A DNA stretch of 41,970 nt from Bdellovibrionota bacterium (GTDB lineage: Bacteria; Bdellovibrionota; UBA1018; UBA923): NCBI GenBank assembly GCA_040754655.1, contig JBFMCE010000025.1, forward strand, positions 1 to 41,970, read 5' to 3'. Every line of letters begins with the position of its first letter. Position 1 is the first letter of the stretch. The position numbers were made by a program, and so were the translations under genes. Of this stretch, positions 27,471 to 37,297 are shown in pieces. Under the pieces are notes generated by a model, which saw only the letters and a program-made list of their open reading frames with translations, was not told where the DNA came from and searched no databases.

Positions 27471-29438
27471 CTAGGCCGCGCGGTTCCTGCGCGCCGATAG
27501 CTCTGTCAGCAGGTTCTTCAGCCACACCCGAAAGTCATCTGCCACGATGGGTTTGGGCCAGGCGGCCACGGCCGATCCTTTGAGTTTGCTTAAGTCTTGA
27601 AGTTCGCTCGAGATGCTTACGAAGGCGATGGGAATCTCGCTCGTCTTCTTGTTTTGGCTAAGACCATGTTGAACCTCAAAGCCCGTCATGCCTGGCATCA
27701 AGATATCAAGCAAGATCAGATCCGGCTGCTCGCTTGCCGCGAGTTCCAGAGCTGCTTTGCCTGAATTCGCGACCACTATCCGGTACCCTTCGTGCTCGAG
27801 CATTTTTTTCATCACCGTGGTGAAATCAACCTCGTCGTCCACGAGCAGTAATGTCTTTTCGCCGTCATAACGTTCGATGCTCCGAGAGTGTTTTTTCGCC
27901 TCGGCGTATTCGTTTCCGTTCCACGGCAACGAGAAGAAAAAACGGCTTCCTTGCCCTAGCTTGCTCTCGACCCAGATCTTTCCGCCATGCTCGGCCACGA
28001 TGGCGCGTGCAATCGCAAGTCCCAGGCCGGTGCCTTCTTTTGCCTTGTGAGAGCTGCTTTCGGCTTGTTGGAATTTTTCAAAGATGCGTTCAAGAAATTC
28101 TTCTGAGATTCCTTTTCCGGTGTCCCTAACCTCGACCACGACGCGCTCAAGCTCGATATGGCAAAGCACCTCGATTCTGCCCCCGGTCTCGGTGAACTTG
28201 ATCGCGTTTGAAAGCAGGTTGGTGATCACTTGTTCCACGCGGTCGCGATCGATAGCGACCAAGGGTTCTTGTCCGGTGGGTTTTTCCCAAACCAACTCAA
28301 TGCCATGGGTCAGCGCCATCGCTTCGATGCCTTTGACCGCGTGTCCGATGGCTTCAATGATCGAATGCTTATCGAAATGCATTTGAATGGCCCCGGCCTC
28401 GATTTTCGCGACATCAAGAATCTCATTGATGAGCCTGATCAGCCGGTCAGTATTCTTCTCGGTGATCTTGAGCATCTCGGCTGTTTCCTGAGGGATGGGG
28501 CCAGTCACGTTCCCGAGAATGAGCCCGATGCTTCCTTTGATCGCCGTAAGCGGCGTGCGCAGCTCATGGCTCACGGTTGAGACGAAATCGGATTTCATCC
28601 GGTTGAGTTCTTTGAGTTTCTCGTTCTGAGCTTTCAAGGAATCCGCCATCTCGTTGAAGGCATGCGCGAGGCGGGCGGTCTCGCTGGTGCCGGTGAGCGA
28701 GACCCGATAGTCGAGGTTTCCATTCTTGAGTTCCCTCGAAGCATTCAAAAGGAGGTTGAGACCCGGGATCAGGGTGTACCAAAGCGACAGGACAAGAATC
28801 ACGAATCCAACGAAGAAAAAAAGCCCTCCATACGTGACGACCAGTATCGCATTGCGATTGGCGAGCAATACGGCGCGACTGGCAAAGGTGTTTGATTCAT
28901 GAAGATCCTTGGCCACTTCGTTGAGCAGGCTGCGAAGTTTAATCGCGATAGGTTCCGCAGTGAGATGCTTGGCGCAGGTTTCAAGTCTTTCGCGAGAACT
29001 TTCTTTCATGCACGGCCTGGCTATTTCAAAAAGCCACTGCTGATACGTCTTGGTTGATTCTTCAATCAACCGGGTTCTTGTCGGGGAGTCGCCCGCATTT
29101 CGCCAAAGATCAGAAAGAATGGCATCCATATCGAGATTGTTCTTCTGGATATTGTTGAGCCAGATACGGTTGCTGCTCGTGGCGTACGCTCTAAGGCGCG
29201 ATTCCGAGTCGGCGAGCAGTCTGCCGAATTGGTGGATGCTTGCCAAGGATTCCCAATTGGCTGAAGTCCAGTAGTACGTTTGCGCCAGCGAGCGCAGTTT
29301 GCTTCGCATGTAAAACGGCGTCGCAAGCGCTAGGATGCCCAAGAGTACGCCAGCGGCGATGAGTCGCGTTCGAATCGACCATCCACTGGGTCGCAGGCTC
29401 GCCATGCGGTCATTCTGCGCTTCAGGCGGCTTTGGCAT
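27471..29438 (-). CDS. Hybrid sensor histidine kinase (periplasmic sensor, HAMP, HisKA, HATPase, REC)
   Basis: Two TM helices; VSHELRTPL, NLLSNAIKF, DTGKG, GTGLGL; REC LLVDD...LLDILMP; start could be ATG 29405. Confidence 0.93.
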   Translation of the reverse strand: MPKPPEAQNDRMASLRPSGWSIRTRLIAAGVLLGILALATPFYMRSKLRSLAQTYYWTSANWESLASIHQFGRLLADSESRLRAYATSSNRIWLNNIQKNNLDMDAILSDLWRNAGDSPTRTRLIEESTKTYQQWLFEIARPCMKESSRERLETCAKHLTAEPIAIKLRSLLNEVAKDLHESNTFASRAVLLANRNAILVVTYGGLFFFVGFVILVLSLWYTLIPGLNLLLNASRELKNGNLDYRVSLTGTSETARLAHAFNEMADSLKAQNEKLKELNRMKSDFVSTVSHELRTPLTAIKGSIGLILGNVTGPIPQETAEMLKITEKNTDRLIRLINEILDVAKIEAGAIQMHFDKHSIIEAIGHAVKGIEAMALTHGIELVWEKPTGQEPLVAIDRDRVEQVITNLLSNAIKFTETGGRIEVLCHIELERVVVEVRDTGKGISEEFLERIFEKFQQAESSSHKAKEGTGLGLAIARAIVAEHGGKIWVESKLGQGSRFFFSLPWNGNEYAEAKKHSRSIERYDGEKTLLLVDDEVDFTTVMKKMLEHEGYRIVVANSGKAALELAASEQPDLILLDILMPGMTGFEVQHGLSQNKKTSEIPIAFVSISSELQDLSKLKGSAVAAWPKPIVADDFRVWLKNLLTELSARRNRAA

Positions 29439-29802
29439 GGTTTGCGATCACCTCTTCGATTTGCTTGTGAAGGGTCATGGGATCAAACGGCTTCAAGATG
29501 TAACCGATCGCGCCCAAGTTCATCCCGTTCTGAATTTCAGTGAGCTGGGCTTTTGCGGTGAGGAAGATGACCGGAATATCGCGAGTCTCCGGCTTGCTCT
29601 TGAGTTGCGAGCAGGTTTCAAAACCATCTAACTTAGGCATCATCACGTCGAGTAAAATAAGATCGGGCTTTTCGGCTTCAATCAGCTTAAGAACTTCAGT
29701 GCCGTCACGGGCAGCCACGATCTGATGCCCGCCCACTCTTGAAAGAGCCATCGTTGCTATCGCATGAATGCTAGGGTCATCTTCAGCGAGCAAAATCTTC
29801 AC
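29422..29802 (-). CDS. Single-domain response regulator
   Basis: LLAEDD, LLDVMMP, FLTA, KPF. Confidence 0.93.
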   Translation of the reverse strand: MKILLAEDDPSIHAIATMALSRVGGHQIVAARDGTEVLKLIEAEKPDLILLDVMMPKLDGFETCSQLKSKPETRDIPVIFLTAKAQLTEIQNGMNLGAIGYILKPFDPMTLHKQIEEVIANHAKAA

Positions 29803-30164
29803 GCGGCCTCCTTGTTTACGGATTCGCCATCTGTAGCGGTCTTTCGAGCTACCGTAAGAAAACTCTCAAGCCAGCCTCTCAACTCGAGAGCCTGCTCGTC
29901 AGGCGGGATCTTCGCGAATGAACCGTTTGAAATGCGATCCTCCAATGTTCGCGCTAAAGTCGAAATCGCGTAAAAACCGTAAGTTCCCGCTGAGCCCGCA
30001 AGCTTGTGCACGAGCGATTCGAGCACTGCCCAGCGAGGGGTCTCGCGTTTTCCCAGTTGGTGTATCGCGGTTTCGGCGGCTTGTTGGATCTCGGCTGCTT
30101 TCGCCGGCAACTCACAAACGTAGATTTTTATGAGAGCCGCCATTTCCTTCTCGCTGGATTTCAT
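29799..30164 (-). CDS. Hpt phosphotransfer protein
   Basis: VHKLAGSAGTYGF motif; ATG 30164 follows the upstream stop at 30167. Confidence 0.88.
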   Translation of the reverse strand: MKSSEKEMAALIKIYVCELPAKAAEIQQAAETAIHQLGKRETPRWAVLESLVHKLAGSAGTYGFYAISTLARTLEDRISNGSFAKIPPDEQALELRGWLESFLTVARKTATDGESVNKEAA

Positions 30165-30166
30165 GA

Positions 30167-30868
30167 TCAACTCACTTTTCGCATTGAAATCGCGCGCCCC
30201 GAGATCCATCTCCGGATCTTCTTCATTGCCGCTTCATCAAGGCCTACGAAACTCACGAAAACTTCGTATTGATACTCGGAATCGCCTTCGATGGGGCGGC
30301 AGCTCACCGTTCTTAGCGCCGGACAGACGATGCCAATCTCTTGGAACACCTGTGAATCGATTCCGATGCGCACGTTGCGTTCAACGTAGTTGAGCGTGCG
30401 CAGGGTCAAGCCCATCTCAGTGATGCCAACGACCATCGCGGGCACGCTCAAGATCGCTTTCGAGGCGGTCGATCCAGCGGCAAACTTCACTTCGGGGCTT
30501 GTTTTCGTGGATCCGAGGATCGATTCAATTTTTGACGAGAAGACGTCGCGATCAAAGGGTTTGACCATGTAATCAGTGGCACCAAGCTCGAGAGCCAGAG
30601 TGACGTCTTTGGGCGTGTTTTTTCGGGTGAGCATGAGCACGGGCGCCTGAGAGAGTTTCTGGCGCCTGATTTCTTTCAAGAAATCGTATCCGCTCATCAA
30701 AGGCATCACGACGTCAACGATCAACAGGTCGACCGCATGGTTCTTAAGCGTGTCGATCGCCAATTGGGCATCTGATCGCAGCACGACCTCGTGTCCTTGA
30801 GCGCTCAAGACGGTGTCGCAGTATCGCAGAATATCGTGATCATCATCGATCACCATGATTCGGCTCAT
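30167..30868 (-). CDS. Response regulator with degenerate PilZ-like C-terminal domain
   Basis: REC (IDDD, VDVVMP, MLT, KPF); C-terminal VGITEMGL...VFVSFVGL...IRRWI; GAGGGGG RBS. Confidence 0.85.
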   Translation of the reverse strand: MSRIMVIDDDHDILRYCDTVLSAQGHEVVLRSDAQLAIDTLKNHAVDLLIVDVVMPLMSGYDFLKEIRRQKLSQAPVLMLTRKNTPKDVTLALELGATDYMVKPFDRDVFSSKIESILGSTKTSPEVKFAAGSTASKAILSVPAMVVGITEMGLTLRTLNYVERNVRIGIDSQVFQEIGIVCPALRTVSCRPIEGDSEYQYEVFVSFVGLDEAAMKKIRRWISGRAISMRKVS

Positions 30869-30888
30869 AGGCCCCCCTCTATGAGCCT

Positions 30889-30916
30889 TTATCGGAATAA
30901 AACTCTTTAAACCTAA
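30889..30916 (-). promoter_or_regulatory. Candidate sigma28 (FliA) promoter for the phosphorelay operon
   Basis: Minus strand TTAGGTTT-N12-TCCGATAA, 20 nt upstream of ATG 30868; resembles the site at 14629. Confidence 0.5.
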
Positions 30917-32655
30917 CGATTTGCAACCGTGTTTAGGCGCATTTGAGAGCGCGTCGCGAGCAATAAGAGCAATAACAGGGCAAAATTGGCTAGGCGATTC
31001 ATGCCGCCTTGCCTGGGGCCTTCGTTGTCTCCATCGCTTGAGGCGTCATAAAGGGCGCCGCATCCTCCACCGTCATCGTCGTCGTTGCGGGAAGGGCTCG
31101 AAACGCCGTAATTGAAGGCGGGCGCTTCTCCCTGATAGGGATATGGCCCGAATGAATCCGCATGCTCGCACCGCGCGTTTCTAGGGTAGGCAGCGTTAGG
31201 TGTAGCGCCCCGCGAGACCGATAAGACGTAATACGGCGTCGCTGAAACTCCAAGCGACGCCGAAGGAAACGCAGTGTTCGAAAGCAAGCCTCGCGATGAA
31301 ACCTGCACGTAGACGTCTTGAATCCCCTCCAACGCAACCGTGGCTTGGGCATCGTAGTTGGTATAACCGCTGGAACTTGAACTAAAGATATTGGGCACGA
31401 TGCTTTGGCGCGGGAATGAGCGGCCAAACGCATCGAAGAACTGAACATCCACGTCAGCGCGCGAGAACAAGCCAAACGAGATCGCCGATGCGACGAGGTT
31501 GCCTGATTGTTGCAAGAGCCTGTAGTAATGCACTTCAGAGGTTTCGAAGGCGCTTTGGGTCGCCACGGTCGCGCTGAGATTCGTTGAGCTTAAGATCGGT
31601 GCAGACGTCGGGCTTGCCTCGGCGTCACGCGTGGCCGAGGTGGGAGGCGAACACTCAAGGGCCAGCCAACCTGCGTCGAGATGTTGACCTGCGCCGACCC
31701 GGTACGTATTGAGTTGATTATTGGATTTCGAAAACGTCCGTTGAAACGGGGCGCCCGAGCAAATATTCATATTGATGTCTCGATAATAACTGTTGAGCGA
31801 GCCTTTGCCCGGGTAATAAGGTTCCGCCACGATCGCGTAGGTTCCGGGCTCGAGGCCCTTGATTTGATAGCTACCGCTTTTCTCGGTCATTGCGCTTGCC
31901 AAAACCACGCCGCGCTCAAGGTTGATCGCACTCACGTGCACGCCAAAGACACCGCCAGCGTTGTGAGAAACAGCACCGGCGAGAATTCCGGTTTCTGCGC
32001 GCCCCTGAGGACTGTAGAGAGAAATCACCGCGGCCTGGTCGTCGCAAGATGGCCTTGCCATCTGCGGCGCAGGATTGTGCATCTGGCTCGATTGCAGGTT
32101 TTGCGAGTGGTCGAGTCCTAGGGCGTGGCCAAACTCGTGCGTGGCGACGTCGGCGAGGTAGATCTGATGCTGAGAGCGCGTGTCCCTGGGATTTGTCGTG
32201 AATTGAAAACACTGATCGTTGAAGCGCAGGGTAGAGCGGTCAAGGACTCCGCTATTAGAGTCGTACCAAAGCTCCGTGAGCGCCACCGTTGCGCATCCTA
32301 ATCGAACGGGCTCGGCGCCATTGCTTGTAAAAAAGATTGAGTTGTCTTGCGGCGCTCCCAAGTAGTTGGGATACCGGCTGGGATCGGTTCCTTGATAGTA
32401 TTTGAATGAAAAGCCGTCTCTGGCGGCCTGTTTCCATCGGTTCAGGCTTGTCGTGAAAAGAACGAAGATGTCTGCGTGTGGAATGCCGTCAGAATTAATG
32501 GGATTGGCGCGGAAGATCAGGTTTGAACCCTCGTTCCAATGAACCGCCGCTCCTCCGGGGACGGTTCGAATCGGGATCGAGGATTGCGCGTTCTGAGCCA
32601 AGCCCAGAAGAGCAAAGAGCGTCACACACATCCTGCGTGTCAGGCATCCAACCAT
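30913..32655 (-). CDS. Matrixin-family (M10-like) metalloprotease with carboxypeptidase-regulatory-like domain and C-terminal sorting tail
   Basis: HEFGHALGLDHS plus Met-turn (SQMHN); GSYQIKGLEPGTY; DDDDGGGCG, hydrophobic helix, basic tail. Confidence 0.88.
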   Translation of the reverse strand: MVGCLTRRMCVTLFALLGLAQNAQSSIPIRTVPGGAAVHWNEGSNLIFRANPINSDGIPHADIFVLFTTSLNRWKQAARDGFSFKYYQGTDPSRYPNYLGAPQDNSIFFTSNGAEPVRLGCATVALTELWYDSNSGVLDRSTLRFNDQCFQFTTNPRDTRSQHQIYLADVATHEFGHALGLDHSQNLQSSQMHNPAPQMARPSCDDQAAVISLYSPQGRAETGILAGAVSHNAGGVFGVHVSAINLERGVVLASAMTEKSGSYQIKGLEPGTYAIVAEPYYPGKGSLNSYYRDINMNICSGAPFQRTFSKSNNQLNTYRVGAGQHLDAGWLALECSPPTSATRDAEASPTSAPILSSTNLSATVATQSAFETSEVHYYRLLQQSGNLVASAISFGLFSRADVDVQFFDAFGRSFPRQSIVPNIFSSSSSGYTNYDAQATVALEGIQDVYVQVSSRGLLSNTAFPSASLGVSATPYYVLSVSRGATPNAAYPRNARCEHADSFGPYPYQGEAPAFNYGVSSPSRNDDDDGGGCGALYDASSDGDNEGPRQGGMNRLANFALLLLLLLATRSQMRLNTVANR

Positions 32656-32739
32656 GAAATTCCCCTTTTCCCCAAGGTAAACTAAAACGGTTTACAAGCA
32701 GCCTCAAGACCACTCTCGTAGCCGCCTGTCCGGCTCATG

Positions 32740-32756
32740 TACAAGCGGCGTGCCAG
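32740..32756 (-). promoter_or_regulatory. Possible sigma54-like promoter upstream of the matrixin gene
   Basis: CTGGCACGCCGCTTGTA: perfect -24 box, but GT instead of GC at -12. Confidence 0.35.
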
Positions 32757-32959
32757 ACAAGCGTGCTTTAACAACCATAAACAATTCCAGGGCTTGAGCG
32801 GGCAGGCAAGCTGCCGCGCATCAACCCCGATGGGTGCTGGGCAATTTCGCACCAGAAGCAATGTGGCCCTGTCAGTGCGGGAGCGGCATTTTTCACATAA
32901 TAAACTAAAATAATCAGGTATTTTAACCGAAACGTACCTTCAGAGGAGGCTCACCGGCG

Positions 32960-35464
32960 ATGTTGAGCTTTGCAAGGCGGTGGTTAAATTGCACGGTTCA
33001 GTTTGCTTTGCTCGCAAGCCTTTTGGTTTGGAGCGTTGGCTGTGGAGACGTGGGGTTGCCGAAGTTTGATAAGAAACTTCTGGGCATCAGTCGTTCTTCC
33101 TCGCAGAGTTTCAAATGGGCCTCTGCGGTCACGGTAGATGCGGGCGCTGGCCCTAGCGCCACTCCTTGGACCGTGAACAACGATTTGAGCGCAAGCTGCA
33201 CGGGTGGAAGCGGGGGCTTAGTGGGGAATGCCGCAAACTTCACCCTAGGTTGCATGCAGCCCGCAAGTTTAGCGTACGCCGATGACCGTTGGTTTTTAGC
33301 ATTCACCCAGAACTATCTTTGGACCGCGGGTGCAACGAAGTACTCGGCTTTCGTGAACATGACGTCACTTCTAACGGGAGTTTTTGGAACGCTGGGCTTT
33401 GGGTTGGGAATCATCGACAATGGGCTTGGCATTGATGGCGTCACCGCGGCGGCATCTTCTCGCTACATCCGATTCGCAACCCTCCCAAGCGGAGATGTGA
33501 TCGCTGTGTTTTGGAGTGAGATCGATCCCACGCCAGTGCGCACCGTGTTTGCGTCGGTCTACAGCGCTTCTACGAAAACCTGGGGAGGCCTGCAGCAGCT
33601 CAGCACTACGAATGCACCGACTGACCGGGCAAGTGATTACGGAGCCTCTTATCGCACGCACCTTTGCAGGCCAGCAGTCGCAGCGGCGGGTGATGGCACG
33701 GCGATGGTAGCATGGTGCGAGGGACCCGCGGCAGGCGTTCAACCCTCTACGATCAAGTACGCAATTTATTCAAATGGTTCTTGGACCGGAGCCGCAGGTG
33801 GCGTGGTCTTGGTGAACGCCGCTTCAACGCTTGGGTTTCCGGGATATAGCGCGACCTTCAACGATTTCTCGGGCGTTGCTCTCACGACTTTGCAGGAAGA
33901 CGACACGCCAGCTGATATTTTTTCAGGATCAATCACCGTTTCATCGGCAGTGACTCCGGATATCGCAACTGTGGCGGCAGTCGAAGGAGTGGCGGGTCCG
34001 GGAGAGTTTTCCGTCGTGCGCGACTCCGATGGCGATGTGATGATGTGCGAGTCATTGCAGAACATGATCAACTCGATGCTCGCAAAAGAAGTTTACCGCG
34101 CGGGAGTGGCGCAAGGAGTGAGCTTGTCGGGGCGAGGCGTCAGCATGCGGCTCAATCCCGCTTGTTCAAACACGACAAGCTCTACTTGGACTGTGGGCGC
34201 TTATTACAATAAAAATCTCGCGAACACCTTCCGCGACGTCGATGACACTGATGCGACGGTCAATGAAAATGATGTCGCAAGGATTCAAGTAAGAGAAGAT
34301 GGCGCGGTAGATGGCATGGGAGATCCTCTCTACTCTACGCCGGCGGCGAGCACGATCTTTGCCGATCAGACCTCATGGCCGAACTCAGCGATGGTGGATA
34401 TCGCAGGCGATGATTATGGCAATTTCGTCATGGTTCGCTCCGTCGTGTCACCTTACTTTGAAGAGAGATATGTCACTGAGGCTGCCGGTGTGAGTTCGGG
34501 CCGGATCTTGGTAGGTCATGAGTACGTCGCGGGGTCAGGCTGGAGGGCTCGGTCAGGTACTGTCGTTGGTGACCGGCAACCCAACACATCGATCCTTTCA
34601 CGAACTCCCACGTGTTACACGGGTACGACCTACGCTGCTGGCACGGGGTATGCGGGCAACGTGTTTTTGCCGTGTTCCGTGCGCAATCCCAAAGTCCTGC
34701 TTTCAGGTTCAGGCCAAGGGCTTGTGCTTTTTTACCAGAGCCAATTCGATCCCTACACCGCAAGCGCCACTCAAAGCCCAACCAGGCTTTGGTACTCGAC
34801 CTACGGGTCTGCGACTGGGTTTTCAAGCTCGGCTTCAATCCTTGATCCCGACACCAGATGCACCATCGGGTCGGTCGCCAATGATGTGCCCGTGTGTGAA
34901 ACGGGCAAATACGCGGCGGCCGCGGCCTCGCCGCCAGTGGGCACGGGCGACACTCTCTGCCAAAGCGTGGGCGAGCCTACGACGAGTACGATGCTCTCGG
35001 TCACTCATGACGTGCCGCCAATCGCAGCCTCAATGAACGCAGATGGGCAAGCCGTGGTGGCTTTTCACAAGTACACATACTCGAGTTCGCTCAGCACTTG
35101 CCAATTCATCGGAACCTATGTCACGGCCTACGACCGTTTCAATGGTTTTGGCAACCTCGAGCAGGTTGACGATGGAACGCAGAACACCATGCATGCCCAG
35201 GTCGCCATCAATTCAAGAGGTGATATCGCAGTCGTTTGGGAACAAATCGATTCCGTGCCTACGAACAAGTATGTCTATCTGCGAACGAAAATCAGTGGCG
35301 TTTGGTCAGACCGAAAAGTCATGAATGAGGGAATGCTAAACCCGTCAGATTCAATGATGCCCTCTGTGGCGATCAATGATGATGGCGAGATCGTGGTGTC
35401 TTTCACTTATGGCGCGACGGCGGCGACGCGCAGGCAATATGTGAGGCAGTATTTTTATTACTGA
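32960..35464 (+). CDS. Large beta-rich lipoprotein, probable beta-propeller
   Basis: GGAGG RBS; lipobox SVGC; repeated blades PAVAAAGDGTAMVAW, QVAINSRGDIAVVW, PSVAINDDGEIVVSF; Cys/Ser/Thr-rich. Confidence 0.75.
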   Translation: MLSFARRWLNCTVQFALLASLLVWSVGCGDVGLPKFDKKLLGISRSSSQSFKWASAVTVDAGAGPSATPWTVNNDLSASCTGGSGGLVGNAANFTLGCMQPASLAYADDRWFLAFTQNYLWTAGATKYSAFVNMTSLLTGVFGTLGFGLGIIDNGLGIDGVTAAASSRYIRFATLPSGDVIAVFWSEIDPTPVRTVFASVYSASTKTWGGLQQLSTTNAPTDRASDYGASYRTHLCRPAVAAAGDGTAMVAWCEGPAAGVQPSTIKYAIYSNGSWTGAAGGVVLVNAASTLGFPGYSATFNDFSGVALTTLQEDDTPADIFSGSITVSSAVTPDIATVAAVEGVAGPGEFSVVRDSDGDVMMCESLQNMINSMLAKEVYRAGVAQGVSLSGRGVSMRLNPACSNTTSSTWTVGAYYNKNLANTFRDVDDTDATVNENDVARIQVREDGAVDGMGDPLYSTPAASTIFADQTSWPNSAMVDIAGDDYGNFVMVRSVVSPYFEERYVTEAAGVSSGRILVGHEYVAGSGWRARSGTVVGDRQPNTSILSRTPTCYTGTTYAAGTGYAGNVFLPCSVRNPKVLLSGSGQGLVLFYQSQFDPYTASATQSPTRLWYSTYGSATGFSSSASILDPDTRCTIGSVANDVPVCETGKYAAAAASPPVGTGDTLCQSVGEPTTSTMLSVTHDVPPIAASMNADGQAVVAFHKYTYSSSLSTCQFIGTYVTAYDRFNGFGNLEQVDDGTQNTMHAQVAINSRGDIAVVWEQIDSVPTNKYVYLRTKISGVWSDRKVMNEGMLNPSDSMMPSVAINDDGEIVVSFTYGATAATRRQYVRQYFYY

Positions 35465-35478
35465 GGGACTGGTGAAAT

Positions 35479-37098
35479 ATGAGAGCGATTAGAGCGATGA
35501 AGAGGTTAGAGCGAGTCGCGGCGACCCTAGCAGCGGCAGGTGTTCTTCTGGTCTTTGGCATGGGTTCAACTTGCCCTGGTACGAGCAATTCGGCGAGTTT
35601 CACGAACAATCGCATTCAAGTCACGCCAGTGATTGCGACCAAGTCTTGGCGCTCACCGGCGCTCATCGATTTGTCTGCCTCAAACGAGGCGTCAGCTGTG
35701 CTTGGCGCGAAATACAACAATGTTTCAAATGTCGCTGGCGATGGTTCGACCTATCCGATGGCGGCTGCGGTGGCGGGAAACGGAAGCTTTCACGCTCTTT
35801 TCAATCGAGAAGACTCAGCCAATAACTTCATCAACCTTTATGCGATTCAACAAACTGACGTTACCAGCTCAACGTGGGTTCAGGGCTTGGGTTCGTTCAC
35901 TCAACTCGACGCCGGACTAGCGGCTACCGCGGAATCGCACCATCCTCTGGCCGTGACAGACGGCTCAGGCAATGTTCTTTCGGTTGCGATGACTTTCGCG
36001 GCCGCTGGCAACAGAATTCCTTACGCTTCCATTTACAATATCAACAACGGTTATTGGGGCACGTATACGGCGATCGGAAGTGCTGCCATTGGGGCCTCAG
36101 GGCTTGGCTCGCTTGCGGCCGCCGTTGACGCCAACAACAACAAGGTCGTGGTTTGGCAGCAAAACAGCGAAGCGTATTTCAACGAGTACCGTCCAAACCT
36201 AGGATGGCGATTCACGACTTCGTGGGCCGATGCAGACTTTGAGATCGCAGGCGATGTCGTGCTCGATCGCGGCGTCGACATCGGGTTTGACGGGTATGGA
36301 AATGGTTACGCCGCTTATGTCACGAACACGCCGGCCATTCGGACCGTGCGTTGGCGTTCAGACAATGTCGTTCGTTTTTCGACAGCGGGTGATACGGCTT
36401 CTAGCGGAACTACAGGCGGAGGACCTTACGGGTATCCTAAAATCTTTGTCGCTCAAAATGGGGAGGCGGTGGTTTTTTTCTACAACGATCTTGTCGGAAC
36501 CGGAGCAGAACTCTGGTGTTCGAGTGCGGCGGCAACTTCATCAAGTACAGCCGTAGCATTTTCAACTGCTACGCAGTTTGGCACGAGCTACGGTACGGGT
36601 GATGTCTATGCGCTCGATCTTGGCGGCAACGTGATTCCGCCGGTGCTTGCGTCATCTGGTGACCAAGCAGTTCTGGGATTTATCAAAAGCGACGGCGTAG
36701 CAAGGCGCTTTTATCTCTTCAAATACCGAAGTCGCTGTGATTGGGATTATTTGGGAGCGATAGATTCGGGTGGCGCAGGCAATGACGTCTATTTCGGGAG
36801 TTTAGCGATCAACGACGATGGAACCATTGCTGCTGTTTGGTCAGCTGCTTCTGGCGGCGTTGAACGCGTTTACGGCAATGTTTACGAGGGGGGTGTTTGG
36901 AAAGGGGTCACGCTGCTTGACGGGGGCACGAACTTCCAACCTACGACTCTTGCGGGTGCAACTCCTCCAGATGGCTTGACCAGGCCCAAGGTCGTAATCG
37001 ACGGCAGTGGAAATGCATTGGCCCTTTACTCGTACAATGTGCAAAATACGACCATTGCGCTGACCAGGCGCCGTGCCGCCGCTATTTTTTATCGGTAA
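35479..37098 (+). CDS. Beta-propeller-like lipoprotein related to the upstream gene
   Basis: Signal peptide ending MGSTC; blades AAVDANNNKVVVWQQ, LAINDDGTIAAVW, PKVVIDGSGNALALY. Confidence 0.75.
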   Translation: MRAIRAMKRLERVAATLAAAGVLLVFGMGSTCPGTSNSASFTNNRIQVTPVIATKSWRSPALIDLSASNEASAVLGAKYNNVSNVAGDGSTYPMAAAVAGNGSFHALFNREDSANNFINLYAIQQTDVTSSTWVQGLGSFTQLDAGLAATAESHHPLAVTDGSGNVLSVAMTFAAAGNRIPYASIYNINNGYWGTYTAIGSAAIGASGLGSLAAAVDANNNKVVVWQQNSEAYFNEYRPNLGWRFTTSWADADFEIAGDVVLDRGVDIGFDGYGNGYAAYVTNTPAIRTVRWRSDNVVRFSTAGDTASSGTTGGGPYGYPKIFVAQNGEAVVFFYNDLVGTGAELWCSSAAATSSSTAVAFSTATQFGTSYGTGDVYALDLGGNVIPPVLASSGDQAVLGFIKSDGVARRFYLFKYRSRCDWDYLGAIDSGGAGNDVYFGSLAINDDGTIAAVWSAASGGVERVYGNVYEGGVWKGVTLLDGGTNFQPTTLAGATPPDGLTRPKVVIDGSGNALALYSYNVQNTTIALTRRRAAAIFYR

Positions 37099-37297
37099 TG
37101 GGGAGCCCTCTCTCTGCATGGGTCGTGTGCCTGACCTTTGCCTAAGTTTTCCAACCTATTGCAGTAAATTTTTGGATTTAGGTTTTAGCTGTTTGCTCTC
37201 TCGAGCGCCCGTCAGAAGAGGATGATTGCCTTTATACCATCGTTCACTTAGTTAAACCACGAATTCAACCAACTTCCATAACAGTGAGTCCATTCGC

